A stretch of DNA of 14,697 nt from Octopus sinensis (GCF_006345805.1 NW_021825708.1:1-14697); one strand, 5' to 3'. Shown: positions 1-8,434, counted from the first letter of the stretch. The notes: generated by a model not told the origin, from the sequence alone. Translations and numbers: made by a program.

Positions 1-32
1 TACGATCCCTTTTGATCGAACCTCCCCCTTCC

Positions 33-58
33 TTTTTTTTTTTTTTTTTTTTTTTTTT
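33..58. repeat. Poly(T) run (26 nt)
   Basis: Homopolymer read directly from the sequence. Confidence 0.95.
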
Positions 59-189
59 AATACTTCAAAGAAAAGCTCTACCTTGTAATTTGTTCTATCT
101 GTGTGCAGCCCTGTGTGGCTAATAAAGAAACATATCTTTTGTATATGTATATATATGTATTTGTATGTTTATATATTTATACGTATATA

Positions 190-279
190 CGACAGGCTTC
201 TTTCAGATTTCCTATACGCAATCCACTCACTAGGTTTTGATCAGCCCGGGAATAGAGAAAGTACTTGCTCGTGCTGGAA
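190..279 (-). mobile_element. Degenerate fragment of the tRNA/CORE-like SINE family seen at 534-965 and 9126-9545
   Basis: cgacaggcttctttcagatttcctatacgcaatccactcactaggttttgatcagcccggg aligns by eye to cgacgggcttctttcagtttccgtctaccaaatccactcacaaggctttggtcggcccgagg (779-840). It is preceded by the same TA-rich spacer. Confidence 0.75.
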
Positions 280-533
280 AAACAGGTTGCGGAGTCATGG
301 CGTACAAAATACGAAGCTCTCCACTGTAACGTCTCTCGTTTTCATACGTGAGAGCTCTTGCTTCCATAATCCAACACCTTCGTGAAATTTTCTGCGGACA
401 AAAGCCAACAACCATCGAAACTATCTTTCTGTAAAAAAAAAAGAAAAACAATAAAAACTAAAACATTATAAATAAATATAATTTTAAAAAGTGAAAAGCA
501 AACAAAAAAAAAAACCGTAAACACGTGATCAAT

Positions 534-965
534 TACTCTTTACTCTTTTACTCTTTTACTTGTTTCAGTCATTTGACTGTGGCCATGCTGGAGCACCGCC
601 TTTAATCGAGCAACTCGACCCCGGGACTTATTCTTTTGTAAGCCTAGTACTTATTCTATCGGTGTCTTTTGCCGAACCGCTAAGTGACGGGGACACAAAC
701 ACACCAGCATCGGTTGTCAAGCAATGCTAGGGGGACAAACACAGACACACAAATAACACACACCTACATATATATACACGACGGGCTTCTTTCAGTTTCC
801 GTCTACCAAATCCACTCACAAGGCTTTGGTCGGCCCGAGGCTATAGTAGAAGACACTTGCCCTAGATGCCACGCAGTGGGACTGAACCCGGAACCATGTG
901 GTTGGTAAACAAGCTACTTACCACACAGCCACTCCTGCGCCTATATGCCACTCCTGCGCCTATAT
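534..965 (-). mobile_element. Full-length tRNA-derived SINE with CORE-like central segment (octopus OR2-like), internal CA/TA microsatellite and (GTAAAAGA)n-type tail
   Basis: On the - strand: A-box-like TGGCTGTGTGG, B-box-like GGTTCAGTCCC, then a segment resembling the CORE motif (ACCTTGGGCAAGT in the 9126 copy). It ends in the hairpin CAGTCAAATGACTG plus a short-repeat tail. A near-identical second copy lies at 9126-9545. The family name is from memory, not verified. Confidence 0.9.
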
Positions 966-1134
966 ACATGGATAATTTTTCAAATATTTAAACACATCAA
1001 TAATTATAACGTGGTCTCTAAGTCAAAATTAATAATGACCATGATGAGGTGAAAAGTATTTTTGCGCATATTTTTCAGGAAATATTTTTTGTTTTGATCT
1101 GCTTTGATCTGTCCTCTCTGCTAGTAATACCAGG

Positions 1135-1890
1135 TCATCAGCATTGAAGAAGCAGTTGGACGGTTGGTATACGAGGATGCTAAGAATGGTACTCAATGTC
1201 TCCTGCAAGAGTCATACAACAAACGTCGACTTACACCAGGGACTACTAAAAGTAACATTGAAGATACAGCATAGAAGGATCAAGCGAGCTGGACGCTGCA
1301 TCAGAAAACACCGATGAAATTGCTAACAAGCGAGTGTTATGGCAAACAGTGGAGGCGCAATGGCCCAGTGGTTAGGGCAGCGGACTCGCGGTCATAGGAT
1401 CGCGGTTTCGATTCCCAGACCGGGCGTTGTGAGTGTTTATTGAGCGAAAACACCTAAAGCTCCACGAGTCTCCGGTGGTGATCCCTGCTGTACTCTTTCG
1501 CCACAACTTTCTCTCACTCTTACTTCCTGTTTCTGTTGTACCTGTATTTCAAAGGGCCGGCCTTGTCACTCTCTGTGTCACGCTGAATATCCCCGAGAAC
1601 TACGTTAAGGGTGCACGTGTCTGTGGAGTGCTCAGCCACTTACACGTTAATATCACGAGCAGGCTGTTCCGTTGATTCGGATCAACCGGAACCCTCATCG
1701 TCGTAACCGACGGAGTGCTTCCAAAAATGGCAAACAACAGAAGGAAGAACCAAAAGAGGAAGGAGGACAATTTGCTGGAGGATTCTGGTATGTAAGCGGT
1801 ACAGGAACTGAGGACCATTATGGAAGATCGAGATGAATGGGAAAAACGTCTGGAAACAGTCTTGGGGCGACCTAGATGTGATGAGATTGC
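1135..1890 (+). mobile_element. Decayed non-LTR retrotransposon (RTE-type LINE) ORF C-terminus/3' end, interrupted by a SINE at 1349-1726
   Basis: Conceptual translation: ALKKQLDGWYTRMLRMVLNVSCKSHTTNVDLHQGLLKVTLKIQHRRIKRAGRCIRKH/DEIANKRVLWQT [SINE] EGRTKRGRR/NLLEDSGM*AVQELRTIMEDRDEWEKRLETVLGRPR. This matches the post-RT C-terminal pattern of RTE-like LINEs (LDG.YTRMLR...GHC.RH...LWQP..G...RGR), with frameshifts and a stop. It ends in a degenerate gatgtgatgagat tail. Confidence 0.8.
1349..1726 (+). mobile_element. Full-length tRNA-derived SINE (second family) with a 10-bp target-site duplication
   Basis: tRNA-like head with A box TGGCCCAGTGG (1361-1371) and B box GGTTTCGATTCC (1404-1415). Flanked by ATGGCAAACA at 1339-1348 and 1727-1736. 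Confidence 0.9.
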
Positions 1891-2040
1891 TTTTAGTTTT
1901 CCCGTCTTATAAAAAATTTAAAAGAATTTTTCTGACGTGAATCTTCCATATAAGATCGCTCTCAATATTAAAAATGCTCAAATATATATCTACTGATCCA
2001 TGTTTAAATGTTGAGGGTTCCGGGTTGGCGTCCAAAAGCA

Positions 2041-2234
2041 GAGCTTCTGATAGGCTTGAAGCAAAAAATGAATATTTTGTTCAGCAGTAGTGTTTCACTG
2101 GTACATAATTTATCGACCCCAAAAAGATGAAAGCAAAGTCGACCCCAGTGGAATTTGAACTCAGAACGTAGCGACGGGCGAAATACCGTTCAGCATGTCC
2201 TCCAGTGACCTAACCATTCTGCCAGCTCGCCGCC

Positions 2235-2236
<2 letters not shown>
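2041..2236 (-). mobile_element. tRNA-derived SINE (third family; Meta/MESC-like central domain)
   Basis: - strand: AAGGCGGCGAGCTGGCAGAATGG (A box) ... GAGTTCAAATTCC (B box) ... GACTTTGCTTTCATCTTTTTGGGGTCGATAAATTATGTACCAG. A homologous copy lies at 13734-13866. The domain name is tentative. Confidence 0.85.
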
Positions 2237-2286
<50 letters not shown>

Positions 2287-2292
2287 CAACAA
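2237..2292. repeat. (TAA)n then (CAA)n microsatellite
   Basis: Read directly. Confidence 0.95.
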
Positions 2293-2677
2293 CAAGATAA
2301 ACAGCGCATGACCTTGCAAGTAGTTAACATTTTCGTTGGTCGAGTAACCCATCCCGCTCAAAAGGTCATTGAATAAGGATTGTTTAAGGATATTGAACGA
2401 ACCACCCATGTTTCCAAAGGTGAATTATCCTAACCTCCAAGAATTCCTTTCAACACACAGCTATGATGCTTCCCTACTTCTGCTCATGTCCAGAGATGCA
2501 CATATCGTCAGCCACTAAGGGACATGCTCAACTGGTTAAGGTCCACCATGTCGCGCACATATGGTTGTGATGCATGTGCTTGGTGTACCCTTATCAGACG
2601 GGTAGTCATGATGGGTATACTGGGCTTCGTATATTTTACCCCAGTGTCACTTTGATGGCATGCACTGCTCTCTCACT
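2293..2677 (+). mobile_element. 5'-truncated and 5'-inverted copy of the (TAA)n-embedded non-coding retroelement seen at 13995-14465
   Basis: 2293-2543 is the reverse complement of 14059-14320, and 2544-2677 matches 14330-14465 in direct orientation. (TAA)n arrays flank it on both sides. Confidence 0.85.
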
Positions 2678-2680
<3 letters not shown>

Positions 2681-2738
<58 letters not shown>

Positions 2739-2992
2739 GAAGAAGAAGAAGAAGAAGATGAAAAGGAAGAAGAAGAAGAAGAAGAAGAAGAAGAAGGAGA
2801 AGAAGAAGAAGAAGAAGAAGAAGAAAGAAGAAGAAAAAGAAGAAGGAGAAGAAGAAGAAGCAGAAGAAGAAGAAGAAGAAGAAGAAGGAAGAAGAAGGAA
2901 GAATAAGAAGAAGAAGAAGAAAGAAAAAGAAGAAAAAGAAGAAGAAGAACAACAACAACAACAATAACAACAGCAACAACAACAACAACATC
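2681..2992. repeat. Compound microsatellite (TAA)n-(GAA)n-(CAA)n
   Basis: Read directly; accounts for ORFs 2677-3129 and 2758-2967. Confidence 0.95.
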
Positions 2993-3829
2993 AATGACAA
3001 CAATATAGGCTCATACATATATTGGAAGGAAACTACACGTAGAAGTTTCCATTGCCAAAGCGTTCTGTCGTCGCCATCTTTTTGGACGTTACGCAAACTT
3101 ACGCTGTCGTCTGCTTTGCACAGTCTCATACTATCCTATCGTAATCTGTTCGATGTCTCCGCTTTAAAATGTATAAATCTCGAAGTCAATGTTTATGTTT
3201 GACTCCCAAAGATTAAACGACAGAAGTCGACCTTAAATGTCTTAACTTGTCCGCATTAATATACACATACCAACCGCCTCCTAATCTCGCTTCCGTCACC
3301 CGTCGTCACCTCCATCTTTGTTTTGATATTTTCCTCGCTTTATTCTCGTAGATTTTTGATTTGTCTCCATTTTTCTTTTCTTTTATAACATTTACGCGCC
3401 CCGCTCTATGTTTTCGTAACAGCGTAATATAATACACACAAGCTACATAAACGCATCCATATGATTACATACATACATACATACATATATGCAGAACGTC
3501 ATGCAAGCAGTTCTCTATTCATTGCGCCTCAGCGCGCCGCTCATCGCCCGTTGGTTGCGATAATAATGATATAAATAATATAAAAAAAGATAGCGTGACA
3601 AAATGTAATTATGGTAAACGGTTTAACAAAACAGGGACTAATATTTGTGGAAAGGATAGCGTTTATATCATTCATCAGCGACATTATAATGTGTTGGGTT
3701 TTCTGCTTTATGTTATTATTCTTTCTTTAATTATTGTAATTATTGTTTTACTGTTTTTATTTATTTGGTTTTTTAAAGTTTTTTTTTGCAAATACTGTAA
3801 TTAACGCATTAGGGAGACAAATATGTGTA

Positions 3830-3857
3830 TGTATTAATGTATGTAGTATATATATAT

Positions 3858-3905
<48 letters not shown>

Positions 3906-3924
3906 TCTATATATATTAATACTT

Positions 3925-3972
<48 letters not shown>

Positions 3973-4152
3973 ACAAACATACATATATATATCATATATA
4001 TATATACATTTACATATATATATATGTATAATATATCTATATGTATATATATATACATCTATATATATTACGTATATCTATCTATCTACCTATCTATCTA
4101 TCTGTCTGTCTGTCTGTCTGTCTCCCTCTCTCTCTATATATATATCTATCTA

Positions 4153-4196
<44 letters not shown>

Positions 4197-4200
4197 CAGA
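3830..4200. repeat. Degenerate (TA)n / (TCTA)n / (TCTG)n / (TC)n microsatellite field
   Basis: Read directly. Confidence 0.9.
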
Positions 4201-4399
4201 CATAATACACGTATAAAAGTATCTATACATATACAAATAGTTGCATATTTATATATATTCGTAAATATGTATGTATGTATATGTGCATAAATGTACGTAT
4301 GTTTATATACACACACGTACATGTTTATAAGACAAATGAAATTGAATCGGGACAAATAGATTGATAGACAGAGAGAGAGAGAGAGTATGAGAGAGAGAG

Positions 4400-4444
4400 A
4401 CAGAGAGACAGAGAGAGAAAAAGGAAGAGGGAGAGAAAGAAATA

Positions 4445-4475
<31 letters not shown>

Positions 4476-4510
4476 CAAAGAGAGAAAAAGGAAGAGGAAG
4501 AGAAAGAAAT

Positions 4511-4546
<36 letters not shown>

Positions 4547-4586
4547 CAGACAGAGAGAGAAAAAGGAAGGGGAAGAGAAAGAAATA

Positions 4587-4621
<35 letters not shown>

Positions 4622-4656
4622 CAGAGAGAGAAAAAGGAAGAGGAAGAGAAAGAAAT

Positions 4657-4692
<36 letters not shown>

Positions 4693-4728
4693 CAGAGAGA
4701 GAAAAAGGAAGAGGAAGAGAAAGAAATA

Positions 4729-4759
<31 letters not shown>

Positions 4760-4794
4760 CAGAGAGAGAAAAGGAAGAGGAAGAGAAAGAAATA

Positions 4795-4829
<35 letters not shown>

Positions 4830-4912
4830 CAGAGAGAGAAAAAGGAAGAGGAAGAGAAAGAAATTATATATATATAATATATAGAGAGAGAGAAGAGAGA
4901 GAGACAGACAGA
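4400..4912. repeat. Higher-order minisatellite: 7 units of (GA)n-CAGAGAGAG-AAAAAGGAAGAGGAAGAGAAAGAAATAA-(TA)n, about 65-75 bp each
   Basis: The fixed core aaaggaagaggaagagaaagaaat recurs 7 times, with variable TA and GA tracts between copies. Confidence 0.9.
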
Positions 4913-4980
4913 GAACAAGTGAGAGAGTTGTGAATGAAGCGGAGGTTCCGTTTTGTCGCTGAAATTAATTAATCACCGCA

Positions 4981-5010
4981 ACTACTACTACTACTACTAC
5001 TACTACTACT
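4981..5010. repeat. (CTA)n microsatellite
   Basis: Read directly. Confidence 0.95.
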
Positions 5011-5276
5011 GCCACCCTCATTTCTTACACTTGCCACTTGCCATCGGCTGGGGGTAATCAGAGGCGGTGCAGCTAAACTGATTATACAGCCAGTAGTCGA
5101 CACACCGGCCGCCCGACCGCCCCCACCCACCCTATCTACCGCTTTTTCCCTTCTGTGTGCGCATGACATTTAACCGTTCCGTTTAGCCGCCATTGACACA
5201 GAACGGATTCAGCTATTATCATACAGTTTTCGTGTATTCATCGATCAATATTCACATTAGCAAGCCAATAGACTCC

Positions 5277-5291
5277 TATTATTATTATTAC

Positions 5292-5354
<63 letters not shown>

Positions 5355-5518
5355 CATTATTATTACTATTATTACTATTATTATTATTATTATCATTATT
5401 ATTATTATCCTTATTATTACTATTATTACTATTATTATTATTATTATCATTATTATTATTATCATTATTATTATTACTATTATTATTATCATTATTATTA
5501 TTATCATTATTATTATTA

Positions 5519-5549
<31 letters not shown>
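5277..5549. repeat. (TAT)n microsatellite with TAC/CAT variant units
   Basis: Read directly; source of the poly-Y/I ORFs. Confidence 0.95.
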
Positions 5550-5614
5550 TTGTTTATGATAGCACAAGTAGTAATAAGCGGGGCACGGTGCACACGTGCC
5601 AACATAATCCCACA

Positions 5615-5660
5615 AATACACACACACACATGTATATGTTGTGTATGTATATATGTATGT

Positions 5661-5702
<42 letters not shown>

Positions 5703-5801
5703 GTATAAAGATATAATATATATACGCATATGGATATATACATACCTGTGTGTGTATGTATATAGATATATATATGTATATGTATATATATTCATATATA
5801 C

Positions 5802-5853
<52 letters not shown>

Positions 5854-6092
5854 ATATGGATATGTACATATATATATATATATACACGCAGACATGCATG
5901 TGTATAGACGTTTCTATACATTGTATCACACTCAGTGGTGTGAAGTCATATATATGCCACAAGACTCTAATTGAATGATGGGGGAAGCTTTAGATATGTA
6001 TGTATGATACACGTGTATATATTTAGATCCAAACGTATATATATACATATATGCATATACAACATACATATATATATATATATATATATATG

Positions 6093-6130
<38 letters not shown>

Positions 6131-6131
6131 G

Positions 6132-6176
<45 letters not shown>
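5615..6176. repeat. (CA)n/(TA)n microsatellite field with a short unique interruption (~5885-5995)
   Basis: Read directly. Confidence 0.85.
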
Positions 6177-6331
6177 GACTGCAAATACGTTGATGTGTAC
6201 ATGTGTCTGTGAGTGTATGTTTTCTTTTTTTTTTTGTTTGTTTGTTGGTTTGTTAATTGTATTAAGGATTTTCCATATTTTCTTGTGTGCCGTCATCGTC
6301 GTCGTCGTCGGCGTCTTCAACGCTGGTGTTT

Positions 6332-6628
6332 TCATTGGTGAAACGCATTTCCGAAGTCTGACGACGCTTCAGAGTTTCTCTGTCTCATTTTCACCCAGAG
6401 ATTGTTTAAGTGGCTATTGTTGGTGTTGCTGTTGATGTCGTCAGACGATGAGGTCGCCGTCGTCGTCGTTGTCGTTGTTGTTCTTCTTGTTGTTGATGCT
6501 GTTGTTGTTGTTGGTGGTGGTGTTTGATTGTTGTTTCCACTGTAGACGGAAATTCTGGGATTGATGCTCAGCCCTGTCCCTCGCGTGTATTCTTGTTGGT
6601 AACCTTTTAGTTTGCTTTTGTTTTTCCT
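6332..6628 (-). CDS. Candidate terminal coding exon (98 aa, low-complexity Thr/Asn-rich) of an unidentified host gene
   Basis: On the - strand, a very long (TTC)n pyrimidine tract and ...tctgtcatctcctgcag| precede an open frame [43 protein letters not shown]...[29 protein letters not shown] across a non-periodic CpG-rich block. No recognisable domain and no upstream exon identified. Confidence 0.3.
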   Translation of the reverse strand, partial: RKNKSKLKGYQQEYTRGTGLSINPRISVYSGNNNQTPPPTTTTASTTRRTTTTTTTTATSSSDDINSNTNNSHLNNLWVKMRQRNSEASSDFGNAFHQ

Positions 6629-6661
6629 CTGCAGGAGATGACAGATAAGGCTCGTCGATAG

Positions 6662-7055
6662 GACAAATATGCAAAAGGAAAGAGAAGAAAATAGAAGATG
6701 AAGAAGAAGAGGGGGAGGAGGAGGAAGTAGAAGAGTAAAAAGAAAAGTAAGAAGAAGAGATTGAGGAAGTGGAAGAAGAAGAAGAGGAGGAAGAAGGGTA
6801 AGTGGAAGAGGAAGAAAAATAGGAAAAGGAAGAAGAAGAAGAAGAAAAGGGAAAAGAAAAGGAAGAAGAAAAAGGAAGAAGAAAAAGAGGAAAAAGCAAA
6901 GGAAGAAGAAAAAGAGGAAAAAGAAAAGGAAGAAGAAAAAGAGGAAAAAGAAAAGGAAGAAGAGGAGTATGAAGAAGAAGAAGAAGAAGAAGGGGGAAGG
7001 AGGAGGAGGAGGAGAAGAAGAAGAAGAAGAAGAAGAAGAAGAAGAAGAAGAAGAA
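6662..7055. repeat. Purine-rich (GAA/GGA)n array with an internal 27-bp unit (GGAAGAAGAAAAAGAGGAAAAAGAAAA x3, ~6874-6954)
   Basis: Read directly. Confidence 0.9.
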
Positions 7056-7110
7056 GCGGTGCTCCAGCATGGCCGCAGTCGAACGAATGAAGCATGTAAA
7101 AGAGTAAAAG
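7056..7110 (+). mobile_element. Isolated 3' tail of the CORE-like SINE family (or of its partner LINE)
   Basis: gcggtgctccagcatggccgcagtc...gtaaaagagtaaaaga matches the reverse complement of 545-599 and 9143-9194. Confidence 0.85.
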
Positions 7111-7328
7111 AATAATATCTGAAGGATATTTGGCTCCTATTTTTAATAGCCACAACCGGCCAAGCAGCATAAAATCCACTTTACACATGTTTCAAGGCTT
7201 AAAGTAGGAAAAGTTACTATCTTGAAACTACCCCAAACCAATATTTGTTGCGATGTGGTGATCTTGAGGACAACGCCATCGGAGTGCAAAGCTCTGGTAA
7301 AGCCTGCCATAGTGGACTGGTGAAAAGG

Positions 7329-7670
7329 TAGAGGCCAGGTTCAATAATCACACCTAGAGGCCAGATTCAATAATCACACCTTGAGCTTCAGGCACTGGGA
7401 TAAAAGGAAAACGACCAAATTATACACTCATATATGGTCATTAAAAGATAAAGGTGTCAGTTACAACATCCATTGGAAGATCTTAGCCAAGTGTAAGCCC
7501 TACACCAATAGCAGTGGAAAGTGCAGTCTATGTGATATGGGAAAGATGGCTCATTTGGAAAAGCAAGTTAGACCTTGCTACATATCTGAATTCAAGAACT
7601 GAACTTTTCGGATAATGCCCACACGTGGCCAAATATTTGCTACGTTTTTGGCCCTCCGAGACTACAGATA
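7329..7670 (+). mobile_element. Penelope-like element remnant: C-terminal half of the GIY-YIG endonuclease domain
   Basis: Translation RFNNHTLSFRHWDKRKTTKLYTHIWSLKDKGVSYNIHWKILAKCKPYTNSSGKCSLCDMGK.../LNSRTELFG*CPHVAKYLLRF matches the PLE pattern (R.NNH..SFR...T.LS..IW.LK......I.W.I.....Y......C.LC..EK...LN.R.EL...C.H..K.LL). It is disrupted by a frameshift and a stop. Confidence 0.85.
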
Positions 7671-7889
7671 GAACTTCACAAGCTTTTTATCTCTTTATAC
7701 CTTTTACTTATATTTATATATTTTTATTTATATTTTTTATACATATATGTCTTACATATTCTATAGAGATATTGGTTATTAGGCTTATTGCTTATATATT
7801 TTTTACACATAATTTTTCTGTATTCTACCTTCCACCCTGCATTTTTCCCTGTGCGTATACAGACGTGTATATGGAATCTTTTGTGCACG

Positions 7890-7916
7890 CGTAATATATA
7901 TATATATAATATATAT

Positions 7917-7967
<51 letters not shown>

Positions 7968-8071
7968 GTATATATATATGTAATATATATACATATTTAT
8001 ACATATATATATACATATATATATATAATATATATTACATATTATATACATATATATTTACGTATATATAT
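7890..8071. repeat. Degenerate (TA)n microsatellite
   Basis: Read directly. Confidence 0.9.
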
Positions 8072-8284
8072 CAGAAATATTAAATTTCTAAATGTCTCAA
8101 AGAGACATGAGCGGTGGTGGAGCGATAGAGTGGCTGTATAATGTCAACTTAATCTGACAGTCCCGTATGGGAATCACACCACCGCTGTTTAGCCCTAGGA
8201 AGCATCGAACGCTTCCTGTCGGCTTTGACACATTTTCTGTGTCGTTATATTTGTGAAGGGGAGGCAAGCACCCCTACCAGCCAA

Positions 8285-8346
8285 GATTCACACCTGAGGA
8301 CATGTTTCTGGGTCTTAACCCGTCATCAGACCAGGATAGTGAGATC
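8285..8346 (-). ncRNA. Type I hammerhead ribozyme motif, minimal form with palindromic stem III (PLE/retrozyme type), possibly decayed
   Basis: - strand: gatctcac-tat-cctggt-CTGATGA-c-ggg-ttaaga-ccc-a-GAAA-catg-TC^ctcagg-t-gtgaatc. The core CUGAUGA, GAAA and GUC triplet are in the correct order. Stem II is GGG/CCC with a 6-nt loop, stem III is the palindromic CAUG, and stem I is CCUGG/UCAGG extended past a 3x1 internal loop. Core-flanking pairs are mismatched (U.C and C.A). Confidence 0.7.
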
Positions 8347-8369
8347 TGCTGATTGAGGTGCCTGTCCAG

Positions 8370-8371
<2 letters not shown>

Positions 8372-8434
<63 letters not shown>
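8372..8434. repeat. Perfect (TA)n microsatellite
   Basis: Read directly. Confidence 0.95.

Noticed and set aside
1-58. Hairpin cgatc/gatcg followed by a T-run, resembling an intrinsic terminator
   Set aside because: The context is eukaryotic, the stem is only 5 bp and separated from the T-run, and the feature is truncated by the window edge.
684-908. Similar ORFs 684-908 and 9299-9511 ending ...PEAIVEDTCPRCHAVG.NPEPCGW
   Set aside because: The apparent protein conservation is only the antisense reading of two copies of the same SINE.
1351-1427. tRNA-like sequence
   Set aside because: It has A and B boxes, but continues into a SINE body with a TSD and lacks a clean acceptor stem or oligo-T terminator. 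It is a SINE head, not a tRNA gene. The same applies to the heads at ~870-942, 2150-2236 and 9470-9545.
4400-4912. CRISPR-like repeat-spacer periodicity
   Set aside because: The intervening sequences are microsatellites rather than unique spacers, the context is eukaryotic, and there are no cas genes.
5582-5600. Inverted repeat ggcacg/cgtgcc beside the (TAT)n array
   Set aside because: An isolated 6-bp stem is expected by chance.
7076-7089. Apparent compensatory change in the SINE 3' hairpin (cagtcGaaCgaatg versus cagtcAaaTgactg)
   Set aside because: The pair would close a 2-nt loop, which is not physically plausible. Another stem position is mismatched, and it is a single copy.
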